Part shown: positions 40,801 to 50,367 of the stretch, piece after piece
Layout of the letters: the number at the start of each line of letters is the position of its first letter
How positions within the stretch are numbered: position 1 is the first letter of the stretch
From: Planctomycetota bacterium
Lineage (GTDB): Bacteria; Planctomycetota; B15-G4
Direction: 5' to 3'
DNA length: 64,000 nt
NCBI GenBank assembly: GCA_965248575.1
Contig: CBDFJQ010000002.1
Location: forward strand, 4,192,001-4,256,000
Translations under genes and position numbers: made by a program
Notes under the pieces: generated by a model
What the model was told of the DNA's origin: nothing
The model's database searches: none
Seen by the model: only the letters and a program-made list of their open reading frames with translations

Positions 40801-41849
40801 AGGAGATCCGCTACAACGCGTGGGCCTTTGGCACCCACGGCTATGAGCCCTACAGCGCGCCGACGATTTTCGAGCGCCGCTTCGGTGACTGCAAGGACAA
40901 GTCGATCCTGCTTCGGCAGCTGTTGGCCGAGATTGACGTGGAGGCCTTCCCGGTGCTCATCAAGGCGGAATCTCCGCGCGCCGAGGAACCGCTGGCGGCG
41001 GCGATGGTCGGTCACTTCAACCACTGCATCGCCTATGTGCCGGCCACGGAGGATCGCGAAGCCATCTATCTCGATGCCACGGCGGACCGCAACCCGATCG
41101 AGTACCTGAGAGCAGATGACCAAGGGGCGCGGGTCCTGCACGTGGGTCCCGAGGGAGGCTCCTTGCATGAGATCCCCTTCGCACCGCCGCAGGAGAACGC
41201 CCTACGGCGGGACTACCGCATCGAGCTGGACACCAAGGGCGGGGGTGGAGTGCGCCTCGAGGACACGAGCAACGGGTCCTTCGGGGTCAGGCATCGCTAC
41301 CGCTATGGCGGCGAGACAGGCGACCTCTCCACGGGGCTTTCCCGGGAGCTCTCCGTGGGCTTCGGTGCCGTGACCATCCAGGATGTGGAGACCTCCGAGC
41401 TCGAGGACATCTCTCAGCCCGTACGCCTCAAGGCTGCATTCAAGGCGCCCAACCTCTGGAGTGGGGAGGGGGCCGAGAAAGCGTTGCGCGTCAGCCTTGA
41501 CCCGCTCGGCATGGACCGCGTGGCCCAGGAGGCTGCGGCCAACCGCCAGTTCGAGGTGGTCTTCCCGCGCCCCTTCGCCCAGGAGACATCGGCGTTGTGG
41601 ACCCTGCCAGAGCATGCGCAGGTCCTGGAGCTCCCGCCGGATGTCTCGGTGCAGGCGCGCGGACTCGTGGACTACCAGCAACGGCTGCGTGAGACCCCAG
41701 AGGGGATTCTCGTGGAGCGGAGCTTCCGATTGAACGTGCACCGCATTCCCGTGCAGGACTACGGCGCCTTCCGTGACGCGCTGCAACAGATCCGCCTCGC
41801 CGAGGCGCGTGAGTTCCGCATCCTCGTGCCAACGGGCGACCTCCCATGA
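37893..41849 (+). CDS. Large secreted TPR + DUF3857 + transglutaminase-like protein (intact Cys-His-Asp triad)
   Basis: Signal peptide; WYVVGPFDNE beta-sandwich; TPR tract; FPPLSVGDVV (DUF3857-like); GDCKDKS, FNHCI, YLDAT. Confidence 0.85.
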   Translation: MSLFSAALAPICSLARRPLGLLALLLASSLSSSLAWASSPAPPAPPAPPAEGATSSPVEGALGALHGGSPLEAWRLLLAEVTGGFSGSLGGGGSQELIVAEQELVALVLTDLTADSGLWRETLDALQVLRPWPESLAPEVSFRLEHLVARCLRRLGQANSARGVIDRLGYFSDWYVVGPFDNERGSGFDVPYEPEQEFDRPAAMAGKEREVSWRWVPARHHPLARVALHELFRPNTQAVAYLATSLQPRDPGFAELRVGSSGPYKIILNGEVVATQDAERRYEPDQDRHVIQLAEGWNSLLVKLGHEEGAWTFDARLTELNGRPLQAVQCESVYSAWPGPAPTEDEAALIFYGVEPERDETAVVIAGDSPEASAVETLPAMRPGTREHLEALPDDAHAQRLLAQYHLSIQAEDLVDDSLVQVAQRAVAADPDHVWGRYLLARAYEPRGQSRNEMEVNKRLHALDEVLSRNPEHVAALLDMADFSLSDNPIPVRADAMTKRALEVAPNSWDVLQMRARFLDLQGRSSEADLMRRTAESSEEASYSSWGILSRARRLLSLGLPDVALQTMQVGADRDVLDRRLIGELVDGLVETGEYSVAHTIAERAMTAEPFDVDRMLETAMLFEQGDQVYQERGRELVDRALSVCPESTRALDRLVRIEERIGHLDEAVEGLTELLRLDPSDSRTRRHLALLTTGTQERFEEPYRWDAAELVLLPLPDTSANDPLEVLARTVVWRVQPDGTEHQYQHVVLRVLNEGGARMLDVYPVAGAGGGTLHMHNARVLRRDGSVEYAPASRRSGRSYRTYDFPPLSVGDVVDMEWRSDQDTADVFGQYFGIRHDFYPDRIDGLAPTRWSELVVIAPEDVPLTVQERNADGLEREQSQEGDLIIRRWLARDLARPPLESSMPAVSEFTPSVDITTFRDWNHFSTWWWHFIEKEFVTTPAMREKVAELTEGLETERERIEAIVRFVGQEIRYNAWAFGTHGYEPYSAPTIFERRFGDCKDKSILLRQLLAEIDVEAFPVLIKAESPRAEEPLAAAMVGHFNHCIAYVPATEDREAIYLDATADRNPIEYLRADDQGARVLHVGPEGGSLHEIPFAPPQENALRRDYRIELDTKGGGGVRLEDTSNGSFGVRHRYRYGGETGDLSTGLSRELSVGFGAVTIQDVETSELEDISQPVRLKAAFKAPNLWSGEGAEKALRVSLDPLGMDRVAQEAAANRQFEVVFPRPFAQETSALWTLPEHAQVLELPPDVSVQARGLVDYQQRLRETPEGILVERSFRLNVHRIPVQDYGAFRDALQQIRLAEAREFRILVPTGDLP

Positions 41850-44800
41850 CCCAGTCACTGATCCGTTCGAGCACACAGCCTTCGCAGCGAACCGTGCGGT
41901 GGTTGGGTAGTGCCCTGGGTGTGGTGCTCCTGGCAGCCTGCACGGAACTTCCGCGCGCCGACAGCGCCCCCGCCCAGGCAGAGGCACAGGCGAATGCAGC
42001 CGCCAGGACAGAGCGGCCGCCGCCGGCCGTGGATCGCGTGGCGGCCGACATGGAGGCCTGGGCTGGCGAGCTCGTGGCGCCTGCTGCAGGCCGCTTCGGG
42101 CAGCGAGATGCCATCGTCGCCCATTGGCTTTCCATGGTGGCGCAGTCCCCGGCACATCCCCTCGCGGAAGCTGCCTTGCGACTGGCGGGTGCTGCCCGGG
42201 CGGACCTCGATGATCCCCCGGCTTACCGCCGGGCAGTGATGGCCTTGGGTTCGCCGAGCGGTTTGTCGGCGACGGCACGGGCCGTGCTCAACCGTTTGCA
42301 GGCGGCGGCTCGTATTGCCGAGGCGCCCACCACGCCGGACGCAGCCGATCAGTTTCCCGCCGTGTTGTCCCACTACGACGTGCTCGGCCCCTTGGGCCCG
42401 GTGCAGAACCCCATCGCCGTGGCGTTGAGCCCCGCGATCCTGGCGGAGGCTGGCTTCGATCGCAGCCACCAGGGCGTGTTCGGCGATGTCCGCTGGCACC
42501 CTGTGCGGCGCTCTCCGTTTGAGGGAGCCGTGGACCCCACGGACGTCCTGGACTCCAGCTCTGGTTGGTACCTGTTGGCGGCACGCTTCGATGTGCCCCG
42601 GGGTGGCCCTGCCACCCTGGAGATCAATCTGGGATCCGGCGCCGGCAGCTCTGTAGAGGGACCGGCGGGCGCGCTTTTCTCCTTCGGGTCTTCGAGCTTC
42701 TCCCGACTGCCGCCCACGGCCTCCTTCGCCTACTCCCTCAACGGCGCTGCCTCTACCACCGTGGACTCCTGGCGGGCGGAGCGCAGCGCCCGCACGCGCG
42801 TGCCCGTCGTTCTGCGGGAGGGGCGCAACCAGTTGTTGCTGCGCATGCGTGCCTCCTACAACGGCGGGCTGCTGCTCGCGGTGCGGGATCAGAAGGGCAA
42901 TGCCTATCCCGGCCTGAATGGGTCACATGTCGCGGCTGATCTGGGGGTCTTGTCCGAAGGGGGCGAGGCAGCGCCGCCGACAGAGAGCTCCGAGTCGGTC
43001 TTGCTCGCAATGGACGAGCGGGGCCCCGCGAGTGAAGCCCTGCTGGGTTTGCTGCAGCTCCTGGACCGGCGCCCGGCGCAGGGTTTGAATCGCATGCAGG
43101 ATGCCTGGGCACAGCTTGCGGCCCTGGAAGCTGTCGAGGGCGAGGTCTCTCCCATCGCCGTACCCTTGGCTGCACAGCTGGCCGGCATCCTGTTGCAGGT
43201 GTCCTATCTGCCCGAGAGCTGGCGTCGCGCTCGGGCTCGCGAGTTGGTGGAGTGGGTGTTGGAGCAGGACCCCGACCATCTGCCGATGGGCATGGCGATG
43301 GCTCGCATCCTCACGCAGGAGGATCGCGACGAGGATGCACTCGCCGAGCTTGACCGCCTATCGGTCCTGCATGCAGGCAGTGGGCGGGTGCTGCTGGAGT
43401 TGGCTCGGGTGCTCGGCATCCTGGGGCTCGAGGCTCGGCAGGAAGCCGTGCTGGCCGAGGCCGTGCAGCGGGTGCCCCACAGCCCGGCTGCCCTGTTGTC
43501 CCTGGCGCGGCAGATGTCCCGCTACTCAACGGACCGATTGGCGGCGCCGCTGCGCGAGCGGGCCCGGCTCGCGTCGGGGCAGAGCCCGCAGCGCCTGGAG
43601 CAACGCGCCCGGGAGTTGGCGCGCGGGGGGCAGGCCGCTGCTGCCGACCAGGCATGGGCCGACGCCATGATCCGGGATTCGTCCCGCTCGCGCCGCTTCC
43701 GGCATGCCGATTTCCTGCTCAGCACCCATCGCCTGGACGGGGCCGAGCTGTCGTTCCGCGAGTTGGTGGAGGAGTTCCCTGGCTGGGCGCGGCCCTGGGC
43801 GCGTCTGGCGGATGTCGCCTTGGAACGGGGAGATGTCGAGAACCAACGAGCGGCTCTCTACGAGGTGCAGGCGCTGGATCCCTCCGATCGGCCCACGCGC
43901 GACCGTTTGAGTGACCTCGGCGTGCCGGACCCCGTCCTTCAACTGCGGGACCGCTTCTTGCTGACCTCCGAGCAGGCCATGGCGCTGTACACCGAAACGG
44001 ATCGGGACGACTCCGTGGTGCGCCTGCTGGACCAGGCGGTGGTGAAGCTGTTTCCGGATGGCAGCGCCGAGACGGTGACGCACGAGATCGTCCAGGTGCG
44101 GGACCTGGCGGCGTGTGAACAGGAAGGCGAGTTGAGGCTGGGTGGTGAGGTCCTGCGCGTGGCCACCCTGAAGCGTGAAACCGGTGAGGCCTTTGAACCC
44201 GTGCGCGTTGCTGGCTCCTATGTCATGCCCCAGTTGGAGCCTGGAGATTTCGTCGAGCGCATCACCCGGGCGCGAACCTCGGGGGCCTCGCTCGTTGTGC
44301 GGCCGGGACGGTGGTTCTTCCGGTCCGTGTCCGAGCCCTTCGTGGTCAGCCGCTATGTGGTCGCCGTTCCCCGCTCCCTGGATCTCCGCCTCGAGATGGG
44401 GGGCGAGGTCGAGCATGTGGAAGCCCATGAGGTGGGTGACGACGTGGTGCACGTGTTCGAGAGCCGGGAACAGGCACGGGTCCTGCTGGAGCCTGGCGCG
44501 GCGCCGGTGAGTTGGTTCCTCCCGTGGGTCGAGTTCGGGATGGACGATGACATGGCGGCCAGGGCTGCGGTCTACCGCTCCCAGCTGTTGCCCTTCCTCG
44601 AAGTGACGCCCGAGCTGGAGCGCGCCTTGGCGGACGTTTCGGAAGCCATGGACCCGATTGCAGCAGGCCGCCAGAGCGAGCTGGCGCGAGCATTGCATCA
44701 GTTCGTCAACGAGGTGCTGGTGCAGCGCAGCAATGGGCCCGTGCCAGCCGTCCAGGCGCTGCTCTCCAAGAGCGGCAATCCGGTGGTGCTGTATGCCGCG

Positions 44801-45742
44801 CTGCTGGAGGCTGCGGGGATCCAACATGACATCGTCTGGAGCCGAGGCGTCGTGCCTGCGGGCGACCCGGAGCCGGAGCCACCCTTCAAGGAGCTCGGGC
44901 GCCTTCAGAACGAGTTGCTCGTGCTCGTCCAGCCGGAGGATGGCCCCGAGGTGTGGTGCGACATGAGTTCGCGCACCTTGCCGTTCGGGGAGCTGATGGG
45001 CGACACGCCCGGTGCTCACGGCTTCGCCGTCCTGGCGGGCCGGCCGCTTCGTCTTCCCGAGGGGCGTGTCGAGGACCGCCCCGGCGTTGCCGTCCACCTC
45101 GACGTGCGCCTTGCTGAGGATGGATCTGGTCAGGTCTCTGGCGAGTTGGCCTACCTCGGCGGCTGGGGATTCGCGGTGAAGCAACAGGTGCGGGAGGCGC
45201 CCGAGATCCACCATCGGAGCATCGTCGAGAGCATCGCGGCCGGCGTGTTGCCCGGCCTTGAGCTCGCCGACTACTCCATCGTCGGGCTGAAGGACGACCA
45301 GCGCCTGGCCTTCCGCTTCGAGGGTCACGCGCCCCGCTTCCTGGATGGGGAGGGGGGGCGGCCGCTGCCCATCCGGCGCCTGGACCTCACGGCGGGCCTG
45401 GCCATCGACGGGGAGCGCAGCTTGCCCTACCTGCAAGATGGCGTGAACGCCGAGCTGGCCACCGTGGTCCTGCACCTGCCGCAGGGCATGCAGCTCGAGG
45501 GTCCGCCGACGGGGCTGCGGGACGGATACGAGGGCCAGTCCTACGAGCTCTCCATCGAGCGGTCTGGCCAGCCGTCGAGCGGCACGGATGGGGAGACAAG
45601 CGGGGACTCATGGACTCTTTCCAGGCGATTCGACTCCATGCCGTTTTCGATCCCGCCCGAGGACTACCCCGAGCTGCTGCGCTTCTCCCGGCGCGTGGAT
45701 GAAGCGGAACGGGCGTGGCTCCGATTCTCCAGGGATCCCTAG
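41846..45742 (+). CDS. Large lipoprotein, TPR + DUF3857 + degenerate transglutaminase-like domain
   Basis: Lipobox LLAAC; YDVLGPLG; TPR tract; MPQLEPGDFVE; catalytic Cys region reads KSGNPVVLYAALL; ATGA overlap with the upstream paralog. Confidence 0.78.
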   Translation: MTQSLIRSSTQPSQRTVRWLGSALGVVLLAACTELPRADSAPAQAEAQANAAARTERPPPAVDRVAADMEAWAGELVAPAAGRFGQRDAIVAHWLSMVAQSPAHPLAEAALRLAGAARADLDDPPAYRRAVMALGSPSGLSATARAVLNRLQAAARIAEAPTTPDAADQFPAVLSHYDVLGPLGPVQNPIAVALSPAILAEAGFDRSHQGVFGDVRWHPVRRSPFEGAVDPTDVLDSSSGWYLLAARFDVPRGGPATLEINLGSGAGSSVEGPAGALFSFGSSSFSRLPPTASFAYSLNGAASTTVDSWRAERSARTRVPVVLREGRNQLLLRMRASYNGGLLLAVRDQKGNAYPGLNGSHVAADLGVLSEGGEAAPPTESSESVLLAMDERGPASEALLGLLQLLDRRPAQGLNRMQDAWAQLAALEAVEGEVSPIAVPLAAQLAGILLQVSYLPESWRRARARELVEWVLEQDPDHLPMGMAMARILTQEDRDEDALAELDRLSVLHAGSGRVLLELARVLGILGLEARQEAVLAEAVQRVPHSPAALLSLARQMSRYSTDRLAAPLRERARLASGQSPQRLEQRARELARGGQAAAADQAWADAMIRDSSRSRRFRHADFLLSTHRLDGAELSFRELVEEFPGWARPWARLADVALERGDVENQRAALYEVQALDPSDRPTRDRLSDLGVPDPVLQLRDRFLLTSEQAMALYTETDRDDSVVRLLDQAVVKLFPDGSAETVTHEIVQVRDLAACEQEGELRLGGEVLRVATLKRETGEAFEPVRVAGSYVMPQLEPGDFVERITRARTSGASLVVRPGRWFFRSVSEPFVVSRYVVAVPRSLDLRLEMGGEVEHVEAHEVGDDVVHVFESREQARVLLEPGAAPVSWFLPWVEFGMDDDMAARAAVYRSQLLPFLEVTPELERALADVSEAMDPIAAGRQSELARALHQFVNEVLVQRSNGPVPAVQALLSKSGNPVVLYAALLEAAGIQHDIVWSRGVVPAGDPEPEPPFKELGRLQNELLVLVQPEDGPEVWCDMSSRTLPFGELMGDTPGAHGFAVLAGRPLRLPEGRVEDRPGVAVHLDVRLAEDGSGQVSGELAYLGGWGFAVKQQVREAPEIHHRSIVESIAAGVLPGLELADYSIVGLKDDQRLAFRFEGHAPRFLDGEGGRPLPIRRLDLTAGLAIDGERSLPYLQDGVNAELATVVLHLPQGMQLEGPPTGLRDGYEGQSYELSIERSGQPSSGTDGETSGDSWTLSRRFDSMPFSIPPEDYPELLRFSRRVDEAERAWLRFSRDP

Positions 45743-45846
45743 GTAGCCGTCGGCGGCAGCCCACTGCGGAGGGGATGCTCCCGGACGTTGACCCTCCTAG
45801 GGGCCGCCAGCTACCGTCACTGCGTTCGCCCGCTCGGATCGAAATC

Positions 45847-46224
45847 ATGCATCGCGTTCACTTTCGTAAAGAAAACATCACTGCCTACGTGGCCGATGGG
45901 ACCAACCTGCGCCAGTCCTGCATCGACGCTGGCATCGACCCCTACCCCGCTCTGGGGGGGCTGGTGTCCTGTCGCGGCAAGGGCTTCTGCGGTACCTGCG
46001 CGGTTCACATCGATGATCCCGGGGCGCTGAGCCCTGCTTCCAAGCGCGAGGCCAAGTTCCTCAAGCGGCTCCAGCCCGAGTTGGCGGGCGAGCTGCGGCT
46101 GAGCTGCCAGGCGGAGATCAAGGGGCCGGTGACGGTCGGGACCAATCCGAACATGAAGGAGGGTTGGAAGAAGCACGGCTTCTACTCCGGCCGCTATGTG
46201 CCGGCTTGGAAGGCTTCGTCTTGA
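45847..46224 (+). CDS. [2Fe-2S] ferredoxin
   Basis: SCRGKGFCGTCAV ... RLSCQ. Confidence 0.88.
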   Translation: MHRVHFRKENITAYVADGTNLRQSCIDAGIDPYPALGGLVSCRGKGFCGTCAVHIDDPGALSPASKREAKFLKRLQPELAGELRLSCQAEIKGPVTVGTNPNMKEGWKKHGFYSGRYVPAWKASS

Positions 46225-47327
46225 GCCGCGCGGTGGTGGCCCGTCGCTGGTCAGTGCTTGCCGTCGCAGCTTGCCTCTCTTGGTTGGGGGCCTGCTCCAG
46301 CCTGCCTGCTTGCGATGGATGCGAGAGCTGGGAACGCGTGCTGGATGAGAGTTCGCCGGACCGCGTTCTGCCTGGGGAGTCCCACCTCAGCAACGTGCAG
46401 CAGATCACCTTTGGGGGTGAGAACGCCGAGGCCTACTGGTCCTTCGACGACCGCTTCCTGATCTTCCAGTCCACACGGGACGATCTCGGTTGCGATCAGA
46501 TCTTCAGCTTGGAGCTGGCCAGCGGCGAGTTGACCCAGTTGACGAACTCGGGGCGGACGACGTGCGCCTACTTCCTGCCGGACAGTGAGCGGGTGTTGTT
46601 CGCGTCCACGCACGCCACGAGCAGTGAGTGCCCGCCGGTCCCCGACCGCAGCAAGGGCTATGTCTGGCCGCTCTACGACAGCTACGAGATCTACACCGCT
46701 GAGCGCGATGGTTCCGGCCTGGTGAACATCACCAACAGCCGCGGCTATGACGCCGAGGCCACCGTGGCCCGGGATGGCACCATCGTCTTCACCTCGGATC
46801 GCTCCGGCGATCTCGAGCTCTGGACGATGAACTCCGAAGGCGGTGACCTGAAGCAGCTCACCGACACGCCTGGCTACGACGGCGGAGCCTTCTTCAACCG
46901 GGATGGATCCAAGATTGTCTGGCGGGCCAGCCGTTTCGAGGATCCGGCTACGGAAGCGGAGTACTTCCGCTTGCTCGGTGAGGGGATCATCCGGCCCTCA
47001 CAGCTGGAAGTCTTCGTCGCCGATGCGGACGGTTCCAACGTGCGCCAGATCACCGACAACAGTGCGGCGAACTTCGGCCCGTTCTTCACGCCTGACGGCG
47101 AGTCGGTGGTGTTCTCCAGCAACCTCGGGGACCCGCGAGGCCGGATTTTCGAGATCTGGAAGGTCGATCTCGACGGCAGCAACCTCGAGCAGGTGACGCA
47201 CAACGGCGAGTCCTTCGACGGTTTCCCGATGTTCTCGTGGTGTGGCGGCCGGCTGGCCTTTGCAAGCAACCGCAATGCCACGGGCGCGCACGACACCAAC
47301 GTGTTCATTGCCGATTGGACACCCTGA
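46221..47327 (+). CDS. TolB-like PD40 beta-propeller lipoprotein
   Basis: Lipobox LGAC; GENAEAYWS, GYDAEAT, IVFTSDRSGDLELW, GYDGGAFF, FDGFPMFS; TTG start overlapping the ferredoxin stop. Confidence 0.85.
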   Translation: MSRAVVARRWSVLAVAACLSWLGACSSLPACDGCESWERVLDESSPDRVLPGESHLSNVQQITFGGENAEAYWSFDDRFLIFQSTRDDLGCDQIFSLELASGELTQLTNSGRTTCAYFLPDSERVLFASTHATSSECPPVPDRSKGYVWPLYDSYEIYTAERDGSGLVNITNSRGYDAEATVARDGTIVFTSDRSGDLELWTMNSEGGDLKQLTDTPGYDGGAFFNRDGSKIVWRASRFEDPATEAEYFRLLGEGIIRPSQLEVFVADADGSNVRQITDNSAANFGPFFTPDGESVVFSSNLGDPRGRIFEIWKVDLDGSNLEQVTHNGESFDGFPMFSWCGGRLAFASNRNATGAHDTNVFIADWTP

Positions 47328-47328
47328 G

Positions 47329-48603
47329 ATGAACGATGTCGTCGCGGTGATCATGGGCGGTGGCCAAGGCACGCGACTGTTCCCGCTGACTCGTGACCGG
47401 GCCAAGCCTGCAGTTCCAGTGGCTGGTCGTATCCGCCTGATCGACATCCCCCTCAGCAACTGCATCAACTCGGACATCTTGCGCGTGCGAGTGCTGACGC
47501 AGTTCAATTCGGCTTCGCTCAACCGGCACATCTCCCAGACGTACTACTTCGGCTTGTTCAGCCGTGGCGGCGTGGATGTGATCGCGGCTGAGCAGACCAT
47601 GTCCAACCGCAACTGGTTCCAGGGCACGGCGGACGCCGTCCGTCGCTCGCTGCGCCATGTGCTTGACGCGCGCACCCGGCTCGTGCTGATCCTGGCCGGC
47701 GACCATCTCTACCGGATGAACTACCGCAACTTCATCAACCGACACGATGAGAGCCATGCGGATGTGACCATCAGCGTTTGCCCGGTCTCCGAGCAGCATG
47801 CGTCCAGCTTCGGCCTGCTGCATGTGGATGAGCAGGGCATGGTGACGAGCTTCGCCGAGAAGCCTACCGGTGAGGCGCTCGAAGCCATGCGCGTCGACCC
47901 GACGAAGGCCGTCGCCGGTGGAAGGGCTCCCGGGGCACCCTTCCTGGCGTCGATGGGGATCTACATCTTCTCGCCCTGGGTGCTGGAAGAGCTGCTCGCC
48001 GCGAACCCCGAAGCCAACGACTTCGGGAAGGAGATCATCCCGGCAGCTCTCGACAAGTACCGCGTGGCCGTGCACTACTTCCAGGGATACTGGGAGGACA
48101 TCGGAACCATCGATTCCTTCTACCGCGCGAACATCGCGTTGGCGAAACCCGGACAGTTCAGCCTCTATGACCCGGATTTTCCGCTCTACACGCGGCCCCG
48201 GTATCTCTCTCCGACCCGCTTCAATGACTCCGAGGTGAAGGAGAGTCTGATCGCGGAGGGCAGTGTGATCGGCAAGTCGATCATCCACAACAGCGTCGTG
48301 GGGATCCGCTCCATCGTGCAGAACGGCTGCACGTTGGACGGGGCGATGATCATGGGCAACGACTTCTACGAGACCGAGACGGAGCGTGCGGCCTCCATCG
48401 CGCGCGGAATCCCTCCGCTCGGGATCGGGGAGAACACCGTCATCCGCAAGGCGATCCTGGACAAGAACAGCCGGATCGGCTCCGACGTGCGCATCGTCAA
48501 CGAGAAGGGCCTGCAGGATTTCGACGGCAACTGCTACTACATCCGCGACGGGGTGGTGATCATCCCGAAGGACGAGATGGTGCCCGACGGCACGGTGATC
48601 TAG
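47329..48603 (+). CDS. glgC: Glucose-1-phosphate adenylyltransferase
   Basis: GGGQGTRLFPLT..RAKPAVP, TQFNSASLNRH, WFQGTADAVR, GDHLYRM, FAEKP, YWEDIGT, left-handed beta-helix tail. Confidence 0.96.
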   Translation: MNDVVAVIMGGGQGTRLFPLTRDRAKPAVPVAGRIRLIDIPLSNCINSDILRVRVLTQFNSASLNRHISQTYYFGLFSRGGVDVIAAEQTMSNRNWFQGTADAVRRSLRHVLDARTRLVLILAGDHLYRMNYRNFINRHDESHADVTISVCPVSEQHASSFGLLHVDEQGMVTSFAEKPTGEALEAMRVDPTKAVAGGRAPGAPFLASMGIYIFSPWVLEELLAANPEANDFGKEIIPAALDKYRVAVHYFQGYWEDIGTIDSFYRANIALAKPGQFSLYDPDFPLYTRPRYLSPTRFNDSEVKESLIAEGSVIGKSIIHNSVVGIRSIVQNGCTLDGAMIMGNDFYETETERAASIARGIPPLGIGENTVIRKAILDKNSRIGSDVRIVNEKGLQDFDGNCYYIRDGVVIIPKDEMVPDGTVI

Positions 48604-48643
48604 GGGCACCGCGGACGCGGGGGAACGCTCAGGGAACGGAAGC

Positions 48644-49399
48644 ATGAGTTCCGAATCGGACGCATGGGACCCCCAGGGCGAGGCCATGTTGGACCACCTG
48701 GAAGGGCGCCGCCCAGCGCTGGTGCGTGTGCACGTCGTCGGTGAGGACGAGGACGTGCACCCCCCGGAGCTGGTGGATGCCGCGGATTTCTTCCGCGATG
48801 CCCAGCAGATGGAGCCTTGGGAGCTGACCGCCTTGGATCTGTGCGTCGGCAAGGTGTTGGACGTGGGAGCGGGGGCGGGCTGTCACGCGCTCGAGCTGCA
48901 GGCTCGCGGGGTGGAGGTCCTGGCCATCGATCGCTGCGAGGGCCATGTGGAGGTCATGCGCCGGCGGGGAGTGCGGGAGGCCCAACGAGCGCGTCCAGAG
49001 GACCTGGCGTCGGGGGCTGGGAGCTTCCGCACGCTGCTGCTGCTGATGCATGGACTCGGACTCGCTGGCGACACGGACGGGCTGCGTCGGCTGCTTGAGG
49101 CTGCCGATGCGCTGCTGGAGCCCGGGGGATGTCTCCTGCTCGACTCCCGAGACCCGGGTTCCGCCTGCGAAGACGCACCCCGTGCGGGGCTGAGCGCGGA
49201 GGGCGATCTGGGTGAGCCAGGCTTCGCCGTGGCCGAACTGCAGCTGGAATACGCAGGCAGACGGGGGGCGAGCTTCGGCTGGCTCTTCGGCGGAGCCGCT
49301 GCCGTGGCGCGGCTCGCTGCAGAGCAGGGCTGGCTGACGGAGGTGGTCTGGGCCGAGGACGAGGGGCGCTACCTCGCGCGCATCAGCCGTTCCGGCTGA
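48644..49399 (+). CDS. Class I SAM-dependent methyltransferase
   Basis: KVLDVGAGAGCHAL motif I, LLEPGG. Confidence 0.85.
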   Translation: MSSESDAWDPQGEAMLDHLEGRRPALVRVHVVGEDEDVHPPELVDAADFFRDAQQMEPWELTALDLCVGKVLDVGAGAGCHALELQARGVEVLAIDRCEGHVEVMRRRGVREAQRARPEDLASGAGSFRTLLLLMHGLGLAGDTDGLRRLLEAADALLEPGGCLLLDSRDPGSACEDAPRAGLSAEGDLGEPGFAVAELQLEYAGRRGASFGWLFGGAAAVARLAAEQGWLTEVVWAEDEGRYLARISRSG

Positions 49400-49424
49400 G
49401 ACGGTCCTCACAGGCTGAGAGGGC

Positions 49425-50324
49425 TCAGCGTGGGAGCAGGGAGTCGTGCACGAGGCCGACCCACATGTCTGGGGCCATGAAGCCACCGCCCCACTTGGCG
49501 TCCAGCTCCGCGGTGGGTTTGGCGGCCACGATCTCCTCGGCCGACTTGCCCTCTGCCATGAGGGCGGCGATGGCGTCGCGCGCCGTCACCAGCATGCCGC
49601 GGTAGTCCCGAAGGTCATCCGGCGTGGCGAGCTCTCCATGCCCCGGGATGATCTTCGTGTCTCCATCGCAGAGGGCCAGGACCTGGTCGGCGGCATCAAT
49701 GACACCCTGGATACGCCCGCCGCTCGAGGTGTCGATGAAGGGGTAGTTGCCATGGAAGAAGGTGTCGCCCATGTGGAACACATTGGCGTCAACGAAGTGC
49801 AGGATCACGTCGCCGTCGGTGTGGGCTGGCTCCACGTGGAAGGCCCGGATGGTGTCGCCGTTCCAGTGGAAGCTGACGGTGTCCGTGAACGTGATCTTGG
49901 GCAGGGCAGCCTCGGGTGAAGCGGGAACCCGGTTGTTGAACGTCTCCATGAACTGTTCGGTGCTCATGCGTACGCGCACGTTGTCGTGAGCGACGAGCAC
50001 GACGCCCTTCTTGCCCATGTTCTCGTTGCCGCCGGTGTGATCGCCGTGCCAGTGGGTGTTCACCAGGTAGCGCACCGGCTCGTCGGTGAGCGTCGCGACG
50101 GTGGCCAGGATCGTGTCGGTGAAGGGCGCGAACTGATCATCGATGAGGAAGGCGCCGTCGGGACCGGTGGACAGGCCGATGTTTCCGCCCTGGCCCATCA
50201 GCATGGAGACATTGCCCGCAACGGGAACGACACGGATCTGGACTTCATCCTGCTGAGCGACCGCGAACGAGAGGGCTGCGCATGTCGCGAGCGCCAGGCT
50301 GGGAAGCACGAAACGGTTCTGCAT
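49425..50324 (-). CDS. Secreted MBL-fold metallo-hydrolase (cyclase-like)
   Basis: Signal peptide; GGNIG, IDDQF, NTHWHGDHTGGN, AHTDGD, HMGD, IIPGHG. Confidence 0.9.
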   Translation of the reverse strand: MQNRFVLPSLALATCAALSFAVAQQDEVQIRVVPVAGNVSMLMGQGGNIGLSTGPDGAFLIDDQFAPFTDTILATVATLTDEPVRYLVNTHWHGDHTGGNENMGKKGVVLVAHDNVRVRMSTEQFMETFNNRVPASPEAALPKITFTDTVSFHWNGDTIRAFHVEPAHTDGDVILHFVDANVFHMGDTFFHGNYPFIDTSSGGRIQGVIDAADQVLALCDGDTKIIPGHGELATPDDLRDYRGMLVTARDAIAALMAEGKSAEEIVAAKPTAELDAKWGGGFMAPDMWVGLVHDSLLPR

Positions 50325-50367
50325 GTCGGGGACCTTTGGTGGGGCGGTGCTGGTGTGAAGGGGCCGG

